Shown: positions 35,499 through 45,266 of the stretch, piece after piece | How positions within the stretch are numbered: position 1 is the first letter of the stretch | Layout: each line of letters opens with the position of its first letter | NCBI GenBank assembly: GCA_964607015.1 | Contig: CAZSHN010000002.1 | Coordinates: 1 to 56,388 of the forward strand | Origin: an uncultured Candidatus Saccharibacteria bacterium | GTDB lineage: Bacteria; Patescibacteriota; Minisyncoccia; Minisyncoccales; JAGGXC01 | Reading direction: 5' to 3' | Length of the DNA: 56,388 bases | Made by a program: the position numbers and the translations under genes | Notes under the pieces: generated by a model | What the model saw: only the letters and a program-made list of their open reading frames with translations | What the model was told of the DNA's origin: nothing | The model's database searches: none

Positions 35499-36736
35499 TA
35501 ATATTCAATATTATTATAAATTGGAAATTCTTTAGAAATTTCTTTTACTCTTTCCTTTACTTTCTCTTTTATAGAATCAGATTCAATGTTTTTAATTAGC
35601 TCACAAACTAATCCTGCTATTTCCCCTGCTCCATTTTCCTTGATTCCCCTAGTAGCAATAGCAGGAGTGCCCATCCTGATGCCAGAAGGATCAAAGGCTG
35701 ATTTTTCATCAAAAGGAATTTTATTCCTGTTTACAAAAATTCCTACCTTTTCTAGCTCATCTTGAACGGTCATTGAAGAAGACTTGGTTGAAGAAATGTC
35801 AATAACAAATAAATGATTATCAGTTCCTCCACTCACTACTCTAAATCCATTTTCTTTAAAAACATTCACCATTTCTGTTGCATTTAAAAGTATCTGTTTC
35901 TGATAACCTTTAAAATCATCTTCTAAAGCTTCTTTAAAACAAATAGCTTTAGCAGCAATTACATGCTCTAATGGGCCACCCTGCACTCCCGGAAAAACAG
36001 CTCTATCAATTTTCTCTGAAAACTCTTTCTTAGATAGAATTAAGCCTCCTCTTGGCCCCCTAAGAGTTTTGTGCGTGGTAGTAGTTACTACATCAGCATA
36101 AGGAAAGGGATGAGGATGAACACCGGCTGAAATCAGTCCAGCAATGTGAGCAATATCTGCCAACAAATAAGCTCCTACTTTATCAGCTATTTCTTTAAAT
36201 TTTTCAAAATCAAGTTTTCGGGAATAAGAAGTGGTAGAAGCTATTATTAATTTAGGTTCAAATTTTAATGCTTTCTCTTCGACTTCACTAAAATCAATTA
36301 ACTCACTTTTTTTATTAACTCCGTAATGGAAAAAATTATAGGTGCGACCAGAAAAATTAATCTTAGCTCCGTGACTTAAATGACCTCCAGCTGACAGATC
36401 AAGAGCCAAAACTTTATCTCCAGGATCAAGAAGAGCAAGATAGGCAGCCTCGTTGGCTTGAGAACCAGAGTGAGGCTGAACATTAGCATGGTCTGCATTG
36501 AACAATCTTTTTGCTCGATCAATAGCTATCTCTTCTATTTGATCAATAAAACAATTTCCTGAATAGTACCTTTTTCCAGGATATCCTTCAGAATACTTAT
36601 TACTTAAAGGAGTAGCCATAGCAGAAAGAACTTCCAAAGATGCATAGTTCTCTGAAGGAATTAAAGTTAATCCTTCTTTTTGTCTTTCAATCTCCTTCTC
36701 AATTAAATTATAAATTTTAGAATCTTCTAGTTTCAT
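35498..36736 (-). CDS. glyA: Serine hydroxymethyltransferase
   Basis: SENYAS, YSEGYPGKRYY, and TTTTHKTLRGPRGG (PLP-Lys) motifs. Confidence 0.95.
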   Translation of the reverse strand: MKLEDSKIYNLIEKEIERQKEGLTLIPSENYASLEVLSAMATPLSNKYSEGYPGKRYYSGNCFIDQIEEIAIDRAKRLFNADHANVQPHSGSQANEAAYLALLDPGDKVLALDLSAGGHLSHGAKINFSGRTYNFFHYGVNKKSELIDFSEVEEKALKFEPKLIIASTTSYSRKLDFEKFKEIADKVGAYLLADIAHIAGLISAGVHPHPFPYADVVTTTTHKTLRGPRGGLILSKKEFSEKIDRAVFPGVQGGPLEHVIAAKAICFKEALEDDFKGYQKQILLNATEMVNVFKENGFRVVSGGTDNHLFVIDISSTKSSSMTVQDELEKVGIFVNRNKIPFDEKSAFDPSGIRMGTPAIATRGIKENGAGEIAGLVCELIKNIESDSIKEKVKERVKEISKEFPIYNNIEY

Positions 36737-36767
36737 ATTCTAAAGTATCAATATCTATAAAAAATAT

Positions 36768-37241
36768 TTACCTTGTTAGCTCTACAAACTTATATTTAAT
36801 ACCGTTTTCTTCTTGTATCTCACTTTCAGAAATCACTTTATTAAATTCAGAATAATCTGGAAAAAATGTATCAGCCCGAGGAGAATCATCAACCAAAGTT
36901 AAATATAGTTTCTTTGCATATTTTATAAATTGTTTATAAATGCTAGCTCCTCCTATTACAAAAACTTCTTCTTCAGAGTCTTTATATCTATTTGCAATTT
37001 CCTCAAGATTATTAGAAACCTCGCAATTCTCTGCCTTGTAATTTGGATCCAAGCTGAGCACGATATTTTTTCTACCTGGCAATGCTTTTCCAATTGATTC
37101 AAAAGTATTCTGACCCATAATTACGCAATGCCCCATAGTTGTTTTTTTAAAATGTTTCAAGTCTCCAGGCAAATACCATAATAATTTATTTTCAAATCCA
37201 ATTCCTTTATTCTTGCCAACTGCACAAATCATTGAAATCAT
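36768..37241 (-). CDS. folA: Dihydrofolate reductase
   Basis: ICAVGKNKGIG, LPGDLKHFKKTT, and VIMGQNTFESIGKALPGR. Confidence 0.9.
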   Translation of the reverse strand: MISMICAVGKNKGIGFENKLLWYLPGDLKHFKKTTMGHCVIMGQNTFESIGKALPGRKNIVLSLDPNYKAENCEVSNNLEEIANRYKDSEEEVFVIGGASIYKQFIKYAKKLYLTLVDDSPRADTFFPDYSEFNKVISESEIQEENGIKYKFVELTR

Positions 37242-37242
37242 T

Positions 37243-38232
37243 TTATTGATTTTTATTTTTTTGTATAAAATCTTTCCAGTCCTTGGTAACTATCCCCCCT
37301 GCTGGAGACAGACTTGCTTTAATCCTAGGGTGAGGATCATAACCTACAAGCTCTACGTTCTCTGGTGAAAAATCATCTATTTCTTTTACATTAGGATCTA
37401 ATTTTACTTTCGGGAAGGGTCTTGGTTCTCGTTTAAGTTGCTCTTTTATAGCCCCTAAATGATTTTCGTAATAGTGAACATCTCCAAGGGTATGAATAAA
37501 TTCTCCTGGTTCATTTCCTGTAACCTGAGCTAGAAACATTGTAAGCAAAGCATAACTAGCTATGTTAAAAGGAATTCCAAGGAAAATATCACAAGAACGC
37601 TGGTAAAGCTGAAGTGAAAGCTTGCCTCCGTTAGTATTTATTTGAAAAAAAGTATGACAAATTGGAAAACGACAAGCTTCATCAGGTAAAGCCATTTCAT
37701 AAAGATATTCCGGGTTCCACGAATTTACTATTGCGTTATGAGCGCTTTTGTCTTTTCGTACAGTTTCTATTATCCATTTCAATTGATCAATTGATCTGCC
37801 ATCTTTTGCTGGCCAATGACGCCACATATCTCCATAAACGTGTGGTAAACTTCCATGCTTTTTAGCAAAATCATCATCGTCTTTTATTCTCTCGATAAAT
37901 TCTTCTTGGGTCATTTCTTTTTCCAACCCTTTCTTCATTTTCTCCCGATAAATTCTGTAAGGATAGTCATCCCAAATATGAACATTATTATCAACCAAAT
38001 ATTTTATATTTTGCTGACCACTTATAAACCAAAAAAGCTCATAAAGCAATCCTTTCCAATAAACTTTTTTTGTTGTTAACAGAGGAAATCCTTCGGAGAG
38101 ATCGAAACGAAATTGTCTTCCAAACAAACTGTATGTTTTAACTCCTGTGCCCGCATCAACTTGCTCAGCACCTTTCTCTATTAACTCTTTTAATAAGTCT
38201 AAGTATTGATATTCGGGATGTCTTTTTTCCAT
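37243..38232 (-). CDS. thyA: Thymidylate synthase (ThyA type, long form with insertion)
   Basis: FPLLTTKK, catalytic FPICHTFFQ, and LYQRSCDIFLGIPFNIASYALL (Asn retained, so dUMP-specific). Confidence 0.9.
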   Translation of the reverse strand: MEKRHPEYQYLDLLKELIEKGAEQVDAGTGVKTYSLFGRQFRFDLSEGFPLLTTKKVYWKGLLYELFWFISGQQNIKYLVDNNVHIWDDYPYRIYREKMKKGLEKEMTQEEFIERIKDDDDFAKKHGSLPHVYGDMWRHWPAKDGRSIDQLKWIIETVRKDKSAHNAIVNSWNPEYLYEMALPDEACRFPICHTFFQINTNGGKLSLQLYQRSCDIFLGIPFNIASYALLTMFLAQVTGNEPGEFIHTLGDVHYYENHLGAIKEQLKREPRPFPKVKLDPNVKEIDDFSPENVELVGYDPHPRIKASLSPAGGIVTKDWKDFIQKNKNQ

Positions 38233-38247
38233 GTTTATTTCAATAAA

Positions 38248-38820
38248 TTATTCTTCCTCCTCTATTTTACTTGCTTGAGGAGAAGATTGACCAGCATATT
38301 TATGATCTTTTTGTTTAAGATAAGGAATTTCTGATGAAGAAGATAAGGTTTCAAAAGTCATAGCACAAATTCTGATTCCAGGATAAAGAGCAATAGGAAT
38401 AACTCCTAAGTTTCCTATCTCCATTATGGCTTTTCCTTTCCAGCCAGGATCAAATCTAGCTGCTGTGGAATGAACCACCAATCCAAGTCTACCAAGAGAG
38501 CTCCTTCCATCCAACCTTCCCATAATATCAGGAGATAAAATAATGTCTTCTTCGGTAACAGCAATAACAAAATCCCTTGGTCGTAAAATCAAGGGCTTTT
38601 CTTCGGTAATTTTTATCTCAGTCATTATTTTATCAATAGGGGTTTTATGATCTTTTAAATCAATAAAAGGACACTCTGCATGCTTAAAAAGCTTGAAAGA
38701 ATCCCCTAGATGTAAATCTAAAGAACAAGGACCTAGTTGTTTTTCGAAATTAGGCTCAGGGGTAATCTTAATCTTACCTTCTGAGATATATCTTTTAATA
38801 TCTTTATCAGAAAGGATCAT
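38248..38820 (-). CDS. dcd: dCTP deaminase
   Basis: MILSDKDIKRYISEGKIKITP, SLDLHLG, and GRSSLGRLGLVVHSTAARFDPGWKG. Confidence 0.85.
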   Translation of the reverse strand: MILSDKDIKRYISEGKIKITPEPNFEKQLGPCSLDLHLGDSFKLFKHAECPFIDLKDHKTPIDKIMTEIKITEEKPLILRPRDFVIAVTEEDIILSPDIMGRLDGRSSLGRLGLVVHSTAARFDPGWKGKAIMEIGNLGVIPIALYPGIRICAMTFETLSSSSEIPYLKQKDHKYAGQSSPQASKIEEEE

Positions 38821-38842
38821 ATTTTTTTGATTAAATTAAAAT

Positions 38843-39271
38843 TTATGATTTCTCTATTTCAAGACCCATGCTTTTTGCTGTTCCTTCAACAACTTTCATT
38901 GCCTGCTTGATATCAGTAGCGTTCAAGTCCTCCATCTTCTTTTCAGCAATTTCTTTAAGTTGTGCCTGGGTAATTGTTCCTACTTTTTTTCTATTAGGTT
39001 CTCCTGAACCCTTCTCTACTCCAACAATCTTTTTAATCAATTCAGCCGTTGGAGGTTGCTTCAATTTAAAATCGTAGGTTCCATCTTCATAAACTTTAAT
39101 TTCTACCGGAATCAACCATCCCTTCTTATCCGAAGTCTGGTCATTAAATTTCTGACAAAATTCAGAAATGTTAATTCCATGCTGAGCTAAACTCGGTCCA
39201 ATAGGAGGAGCCGGAGTAGCTTTACCAGCAGGTATTTGAAGTTTAACTAATGATTTAACTTTTTTTGCCAT
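38843..39271 (-). CDS. rplK: 50S ribosomal protein L11
   Basis: [35 protein letters not shown]. Confidence 0.95.
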   Translation of the reverse strand: MAKKVKSLVKLQIPAGKATPAPPIGPSLAQHGINISEFCQKFNDQTSDKKGWLIPVEIKVYEDGTYDFKLKQPPTAELIKKIVGVEKGSGEPNRKKVGTITQAQLKEIAEKKMEDLNATDIKQAMKVVEGTAKSMGLEIEKS

Positions 39272-39285
39272 ATTAATAATTACAA

Positions 39286-39831
39286 TTAAACTTTCTTAAT
39301 TTGCAATGAATCAAGTTCAACCGGCGTGTCCCTTCCAAACATATTTACTAAAACTTTGATCTTTCCTCTTTCAAGATCTACTTCATCAACCTTTCCTTCT
39401 AGATCTTTAAAAGGACCATCAACAATTTTAACTAAATCACCTTTCTTGAATTCAATTTTATATTTAGGTTCCTCAACTCCCATTCTAGACTTAAGACCTT
39501 CTATTTCTTTTTTCTTAACAGGAATTGGAGTTGTTCCCGCTCCAATAAAACCAGTAACTCTTGGAGTATTTCTAACTACGTACCAAGAATCATCGGTAAC
39601 AATCATTTCTACTAAAATATATCCAGGATATATCTTTTCTTCTACTGTTTTTCTTTTTCCGTTTCTAATTTTTATCTTTTTTTCTTTTGGAACTAAAACA
39701 TTAAAAATCTTATCTTCCATTCCTAAATTTTCAATCCTTTGTTTTAGATTTTTAGCAACTGCGTCTTCGTATCCAGAATAAGTGTGAATAACATACCATC
39801 TTCTGTCTTGTGAAACTTTTTGTCTTGGCAT
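39286..39831 (-). CDS. nusG: Transcription termination/antitermination protein NusG
   Basis: [15 protein letters not shown] start and KOW motif [18 protein letters not shown]. Confidence 0.95.
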   Translation of the reverse strand: MPRQKVSQDRRWYVIHTYSGYEDAVAKNLKQRIENLGMEDKIFNVLVPKEKKIKIRNGKRKTVEEKIYPGYILVEMIVTDDSWYVVRNTPRVTGFIGAGTTPIPVKKKEIEGLKSRMGVEEPKYKIEFKKGDLVKIVDGPFKDLEGKVDEVDLERGKIKVLVNMFGRDTPVELDSLQIKKV

Positions 39832-39845
39832 AATTTAATCTAAAA

Positions 39846-40058
39846 TTAACTTAAAATAAATCTTTCTAAAATTTTAGTGAAAAGAAAATCAAGGCCGCCC
39901 AGGAAAGCTGCCACTGCAGCAGAAACCATTATTACAATAAAAGTATATTTTAATGTTTCCTGTTTGGTAGGCCAATTAACTTTCTTAAGCTCTAACTGAA
40001 CTTCTTTCAAGAAGCTCTTTATTTTCCCAAATATATTTTCGAATTTATTTGATTTCAT
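39846..40058 (-). CDS. secE: Preprotein translocase subunit SecE
   Basis: 70 aa. LKKVNWPTKQE followed by a single TM. Canonical position upstream of nusG. Confidence 0.85.
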   Translation of the reverse strand: MKSNKFENIFGKIKSFLKEVQLELKKVNWPTKQETLKYTFIVIMVSAAVAAFLGGLDFLFTKILERFILS

Positions 40059-40071
40059 AACAATTAATCTT

Positions 40072-40093
40072 ATTTAAAAAGCCCTTGCGGGCT
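40072..40093 (-). terminator. Terminator after the CapA-like gene
   Basis: Minus strand reads AGCCC-GCAA-GGGCT followed by TTTTAAAT. Confidence 0.6.
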
Positions 40094-40133
40094 TCTTTAA
40101 TACTAGCATAAAAAAGCCCTCTGTCAAGAAAAA

Positions 40134-41147
40134 CTAATTCTCAAATTCAACCTGAAAATAATCATTAATTACTGTTTTTCTTTCAATAACCTTTTCTATT
40201 TTATCATTTATAACAGTAATCTCCAATATCATTCCTTCCATTGTTTCTTTGGAAAAACTCTGGTCAAAAACAAAGTTTCCTAAACTATAAGCAATCCATC
40301 CATCTTTATACTCTTCTACTCTCTGAGTAACATGAGGATGATGCCCTAAAAAAACATCAGCCCCTGAATCAATAGACAATTGAGCAAAATCTTTTTGGAA
40401 TTGGGAAGGTTCTGAAGAATATTCAATTCCTGCATGCAAAGAAACAAATAAGACATCTACTTCTTTAGAAGCTTTCTTAATTTGATTCTCTACTAAACCT
40501 AAATCATCTTGATCAACCCAAGCCATTCCTATTCTATTATCACTAGCTCTCCAGGACTGAGGACCCAAACCAAGATAGGCCAAGAAGCCAATCTTTGTTC
40601 CTTCAATCTCTTTAATTTTAAAAGAGAAAGCTTCTTCCTCATCAATCCCAGCTCCGACATATTCTATCTCGTTCTCTTTCAAATAATCCATCGTGTCTTT
40701 TAGAGCAACTCCTGCATAATCAAACATATGATTATTTGCTAAAGAAAAAATATTAAACCCGGCATAATTAATTCCTTCAAAAACATCCGGATCCATTCTA
40801 AAAGAATAAATACTTCCTACCTTCACTCCTCGTTCTGATACAGGTCCTTCAAGATTACCAAACAAAATATCTGCCTCATTCAAATAATCAGATATTTCAA
40901 GAAAAGGAAATTTAAAATCTCCTGCTCCTTCTCTTAAAATCATTGCCTCTACTCCCCTGTCCAACATAATATCTCCAACGGCAAAGATCTTTACCTTTCT
41001 TTTCTCATCTGGTTCTTCTTGATTATAAGGAACAATGGAAGCTGTTCCTTTTTCTTCTAAAGGATTTCTTTCTGAATTAAAAGCTAGTCCTGCTATCGCA
41101 AGAATCAGAGCAATAATGATAAGGATTGATGAAATAAGATTTTTCAT
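40134..41147 (-). CDS. CapA-family (PGA_cap) metallophosphatase-like protein, N-terminally anchored
   Basis: AVGDIMLDRGV, FGNLEGP, LANNHMFDYG, and GHHPH motifs. Confidence 0.75.
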   Translation of the reverse strand: MKNLISSILIIIALILAIAGLAFNSERNPLEEKGTASIVPYNQEEPDEKRKVKIFAVGDIMLDRGVEAMILREGAGDFKFPFLEISDYLNEADILFGNLEGPVSERGVKVGSIYSFRMDPDVFEGINYAGFNIFSLANNHMFDYAGVALKDTMDYLKENEIEYVGAGIDEEEAFSFKIKEIEGTKIGFLAYLGLGPQSWRASDNRIGMAWVDQDDLGLVENQIKKASKEVDVLFVSLHAGIEYSSEPSQFQKDFAQLSIDSGADVFLGHHPHVTQRVEEYKDGWIAYSLGNFVFDQSFSKETMEGMILEITVINDKIEKVIERKTVINDYFQVEFEN

Positions 41148-41160
41148 AAAAGAGATTTAG

Positions 41161-41194
41161 AAAAAAAACAATAACCCATCCAAAAAGATGGGTT
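41161..41194 (-). terminator. Terminator after gyrB
   Basis: Minus strand reads AACCCATC-TTTTTG-GATGGGTT followed by ATTGTTTTTTTT. Confidence 0.7.
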
Positions 41195-41220
41195 ACCACC
41201 TTTCGGCTGAGCAAATTAAA

Positions 41221-43176
41221 TTATATATCAAGATTCTTAACTGTCTTGGCGTGAGTTTGAATAAATCTTTTTCTTGGAAAAACTTCTTTTCCCATTAAAG
41301 TGTCAAAGATATGATCAGACGCTTGAGCGTCATCAATAGTAACTTTAAGCAAAGTTCTGTTTTCTGGATTCATAGTAGTATCCCAAAGCTGATCTGGATT
41401 CATCTCACCTAGACCCTTGTATCTTTGAAGAGAAGGTTTTTGATTCTTCTTTTTCATCTCTCCTATAATCTCTAATCTATCAGCTTCAGTATAAGCATAT
41501 TCTATTTGTTTCCCTGCTTGAATTCGATACAAAGGAGGCTGGGCAATAAACAAGTGCCCTTTTTCAATTAATGGCTGGAAGTAGCGATAGAATAAGGTTA
41601 ATAAAAGGGTTCTTATATGAGCACCATCAACATCAGCATCAGTCATAATAATAATCCTGTGATATCTTAATTTTTCCAGATCAAAATCTTCAGAAATGGC
41701 AGTTCCCAAAGCAATAATCAGAGACTTGATCTCATTAGAAGACAAAATCCTATCTAATCTTGCTCTTTCTACATTAAGAATCTTTCCTCTAAGAGGAAGG
41801 ATTGCCTGAAACCTCCTGTCTCTCCCCTGCTTACTAGAACCTGCCGCACTGTCACCCTCAACAATATATAATTCTGACTCTTCTGGTTTTCTAGAAGAAC
41901 AGTCAGCTAATTTTCCCGGAAGGGTTAATCCACCAAGAGCTCCTTTTCTAATAACAGTTTGTTTTGCTGCTTTAGCTGCAACCCTTGCCTTTTTAGCCAG
42001 AAGACAACTTTCAATTATTGTTCTCGCATCTCTTGGATTCCTTTCCAAGAAATCGGATAATCCCATTGCCACTGTTCTTTCTACTGCTATCTTTGCTTCA
42101 GGATTACCAAGCTTTGCTTTTGTCTGTCCTTCAAATTGAGGATTTTCTATCTTTACCGAAACAACACCAGTAAACCCTTCTCTAACATCCTGACCAGTTA
42201 AGTTCTCGTCTGATTCTTTAAGATAACCTTCTTTCCGAGCGTAGTCATTTAAAGTTCTGGTCAAAGCAGTTCTTAGTCCGGTAAGATGAGTTCCTCCTTC
42301 CCCGGTATATATGTTATTAGCAAAACTTTCTTCGAAACACTCTCTTTCCTCAGTATACTTGAAAGCAACCTCGACAATAACTCCATCTGTTTCGTTTAAG
42401 GCATAGAATGTTTTCTCATGTCTTGGTTTGGAATCTTTGATTAAATATCTAACATAAGAAGCTATTCCTCCGTCAAAGTAAAAAGTGTAAGTAAGATGCT
42501 TTTCTGGATCTTCGTCTCTTGAATCTTTTACCACAATCTTTACCCCTTTTGTTAAATATGCTTGCTGGCGAAGATGCTTTAAGATTCTTTCAAAGTTAAA
42601 ATTAACTTCACTAAAAATCTCTGAATCAGGTTCAAAAATTACTGTTGTTCCACTATCTTCACACTTTCCTTCTTTTTTAATTTTTCCTTTTACTGCTCCT
42701 TTGGCATATTCTTGAACATACCTCTTGCCGTCACGACAAACCTCTGCTCTTAAGCTAGTAGACAAAGCACAGACAACAGAAACTCCAACTCCATGTAATC
42801 CTCCTGCAACCTGATAAGCCTTTCCTCCAAACTTAGCTCCAGCATGCAAAGTAGTCATTACTGTCTCTAAGGCAGACTTCCCTGTTTGAGGATGTTTGTC
42901 TGTTGGAATTCCACGACCATTATCACTAGTTCTCACTTTATTTCCAGGCAATAATTCAACTTCTACCTTGTCAGCATAACCAGCAATTGCCTCATCTAAG
43001 GAATTATCTACACATTCCCAAATCAAATGATGAAGGCCATCAGGACCAGTGGAACCAATATACATTCCAGGTCTTTTTCTTACTGGTTCCAGTCCTTTAA
43101 GAACGTAAATGTCCTTCGCCCCGTAATCTACTTTCTTTTTGTTTTTTGCTTCTTTTTTGTTTTTCTTTTCTGGCAT
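41221..43176 (-). CDS. gyrB: DNA gyrase subunit B
   Basis: GLEPVRKRPGMYIG, LHHLIWECVDNS, GGLHGVG, the Toprim motif ELYIVEGDSAGGS, and PLRGKILNV. Confidence 0.95.
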   Translation of the reverse strand: MPEKKNKKEAKNKKKVDYGAKDIYVLKGLEPVRKRPGMYIGSTGPDGLHHLIWECVDNSLDEAIAGYADKVEVELLPGNKVRTSDNGRGIPTDKHPQTGKSALETVMTTLHAGAKFGGKAYQVAGGLHGVGVSVVCALSTSLRAEVCRDGKRYVQEYAKGAVKGKIKKEGKCEDSGTTVIFEPDSEIFSEVNFNFERILKHLRQQAYLTKGVKIVVKDSRDEDPEKHLTYTFYFDGGIASYVRYLIKDSKPRHEKTFYALNETDGVIVEVAFKYTEERECFEESFANNIYTGEGGTHLTGLRTALTRTLNDYARKEGYLKESDENLTGQDVREGFTGVVSVKIENPQFEGQTKAKLGNPEAKIAVERTVAMGLSDFLERNPRDARTIIESCLLAKKARVAAKAAKQTVIRKGALGGLTLPGKLADCSSRKPEESELYIVEGDSAAGSSKQGRDRRFQAILPLRGKILNVERARLDRILSSNEIKSLIIALGTAISEDFDLEKLRYHRIIIMTDADVDGAHIRTLLLTLFYRYFQPLIEKGHLFIAQPPLYRIQAGKQIEYAYTEADRLEIIGEMKKKNQKPSLQRYKGLGEMNPDQLWDTTMNPENRTLLKVTIDDAQASDHIFDTLMGKEVFPRKRFIQTHAKTVKNLDI

Positions 43177-43208
43177 AGTTTTTTAAAAAATAAATTAAAT
43201 TCAATTAT

Positions 43209-45263
43209 TTATCTTCTCACCTCCCAATCAATTTTTTCTTCAAGAGCATTAATAATTTTCTCTTGAATTTTATCAATTTCTTCTTTTTCTAAAGTCCTCT
43301 CTTTTGACTGGTAGATAATATGAAAAGCTAAGTTCTTTTTCCCTTCAGGAACACCAGAACCATCATAGATGTCAAATATATCAACATCTCTTACTAATGT
43401 TCCACCTACATTATTAATCAAACTTAACACTTCGACTACTTTTACCTCCCCTGGAACAAGAACAGCCAAATCTCTCACTGCTGCAGGAAATTTAGATATG
43501 GGCTGATATTCATGTTCTTCGCTGCATAGTTTCTGTAATTTATCAAAATCAATATCAAAAGCAATAACTTGTTCTGAAATATCAAAACCTTCCAATACTT
43601 TAGAATGAATTTCTCCTAAGAATCCTACTTCTGTATTTCCTATCTTTATTTCCGCTCTTATCCCTGGCTTCCAAATAGATAAAGCTGAATCTTCCGGAGT
43701 TGGTTCAAATTCATCATACCAAACATCAGTAACTCCCATTTTTTCAAAAAGAAGATCAAGGATTCCTTTCATTCTAAAGAAATTTTTAGAATTTCCTTTT
43801 GGTTTTACTAAAACTCCTGCCAAATTTCTTTTTTCTGGACTTTTTAAATTATTGTAAATTCTTCCTAATTCAAATATCTTCACTTCTGGAAAGTTCTTCA
43901 AATTATCTTTTAAATTCCTTAATAACCCAGGAAGAAGTGAAGGTCTGAGATATTTATGATCAATACTAATCGGATTCTTAACCTCTATCAATGTTCTTTT
44001 AGGAAGAGAACAGCTATTTGCCTCTTTTTCGCTTATAAAAGAATAATTATATACTTCTGAAAAATTACATTCAACTAAAATATCCTTACATCTATTCTCC
44101 CAAAAAACATCGTCATTTCTTTCAGGAAGAACAGCTAAAATATTAGGAATCTTAGCTGGTATTTTATCAAAGCCATAAATCCTACCTACTTCTTCTACCA
44201 AGTCTCGAGGAATAGAAATATCTTTCCTAAAAGTTGGTACTTCTACCAAAAGATCTTCTTTTTTAGAAGAAACGATTTTAAATTCAAGGCTTTTTAGAAT
44301 GTCAACAACTTCTTTTTTCTTAATATTAACTCCAAGCAAACTTCTTGTCTTGTCTAAATCAAGCTTCACCTTAACTGAATTTTCTTTCTGAGAATAAACA
44401 TCTAAAACACCTTTAGCAACCTTTCCTCCGCAAATATCTTTCACCATCTGTGCTGCTCTATTAATAACAGGCAGAGTAAGGTTGGGATCTGGTTCATGTT
44501 CAAACCTCAAAGAAGCATCTGTTTGAAGAGAAAGTTTTTGTCTTGCTCGGCGAATAGTAAGCATATCAAAATTGGCAGATTCAATAACTATATTCTTAGT
44601 ATCTTCTGTAATTTCAGCCTTCTTTCCTCCTTTAATACCTGCTATTGCCAAAGGATCTTTACTGTCAGCTATAACAAGAACATTAGTTCCCAATTTATAC
44701 TGATTATCATCCAAAGCATTTATCCTCTCCCCTCTTTTCGCTTTCCTGACAACTATCTTCTTCTTTCTCCTTCCTGCTAATTTATCTAAATCAAAAGCAT
44801 GGAGAGGTTGGCCAGTCTCAAGCATTACATAATTGAGAACATCAACCACATTATTAATAGATTGCAAACCTAAAGAGTTTAATCTTTCCTTAATATGTTT
44901 TGGTGTCTCTCCTGCTTTAATGTCAGTTAGAACTCTAGCATTATAACGAGGGCACAATTCTTTTTCTTTTACGTCAATGTCAACAAAATCAGAACTCTTT
45001 GTTTTCCGATCTTCTTTAACAGAAAAAGAAGGCTTATTAAATTTTGCTTTTGTAAATACGGCACACTCTCTTGCAATTCCAATAAAAGAAAGACAATCAT
45101 GGGCTCGGTTTGGTAAAACATCAACATCAATCAACCAATCTTTCCCTCTTTTTTTCACTTCCTCTACTTCAAAAGAATGCAAAGACAAAAGCTCTCCTAA
45201 CTTTTTAGCGCTAGGAACTCTTCCTTTTAAATAATCTTTTAACCAATTATATGAAATTATCAT
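43209..45263 (-). CDS. pheT: Phenylalanine--tRNA ligase beta subunit (short form lacking the N-terminal tRNA-binding OB insert)
   Basis: MIISYNWLKDYL start, B3/4 and B5 regions, FDIDFDKL, and the C-terminal FDIYDG...AFHIIYQ anticodon-binding domain. Confidence 0.9.
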   Translation of the reverse strand: MIISYNWLKDYLKGRVPSAKKLGELLSLHSFEVEEVKKRGKDWLIDVDVLPNRAHDCLSFIGIARECAVFTKAKFNKPSFSVKEDRKTKSSDFVDIDVKEKELCPRYNARVLTDIKAGETPKHIKERLNSLGLQSINNVVDVLNYVMLETGQPLHAFDLDKLAGRRKKKIVVRKAKRGERINALDDNQYKLGTNVLVIADSKDPLAIAGIKGGKKAEITEDTKNIVIESANFDMLTIRRARQKLSLQTDASLRFEHEPDPNLTLPVINRAAQMVKDICGGKVAKGVLDVYSQKENSVKVKLDLDKTRSLLGVNIKKKEVVDILKSLEFKIVSSKKEDLLVEVPTFRKDISIPRDLVEEVGRIYGFDKIPAKIPNILAVLPERNDDVFWENRCKDILVECNFSEVYNYSFISEKEANSCSLPKRTLIEVKNPISIDHKYLRPSLLPGLLRNLKDNLKNFPEVKIFELGRIYNNLKSPEKRNLAGVLVKPKGNSKNFFRMKGILDLLFEKMGVTDVWYDEFEPTPEDSALSIWKPGIRAEIKIGNTEVGFLGEIHSKVLEGFDISEQVIAFDIDFDKLQKLCSEEHEYQPISKFPAAVRDLAVLVPGEVKVVEVLSLINNVGGTLVRDVDIFDIYDGSGVPEGKKNLAFHIIYQSKERTLEKEEIDKIQEKIINALEEKIDWEVRR

Positions 45264-45266
45264 AGC

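Noticed and set aside
37243-38232. The ThyA homologue as a dUMP/dCMP hydroxymethylase for DNA hypermodification
   Set aside because: The catalytic Cys context (PICH) and the dUMP-specifying Asn in PFNIASY are canonical. The gene sits with folA, glyA and folD, as expected for true thymidylate synthesis. Its extra length is explained by a known long-form insertion.
39326-39781. Long antisense ORFs inside well-supported genes. Examples: 39326..39781 in nusG, 10419..10847, 19684..20013, 24793..25107, 44496..44780, 45459..45788, 53301..53591, and all other 60-150-aa track ORFs opposite a larger ORF.
   Set aside because: They lie fully within, and antisense to, genes with strong motif support. Purine-rich AAR/GAR codon usage leaves the opposite strand poor in stop codons. 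The translations are low-complexity (S, L, F, I rich) with no motifs.
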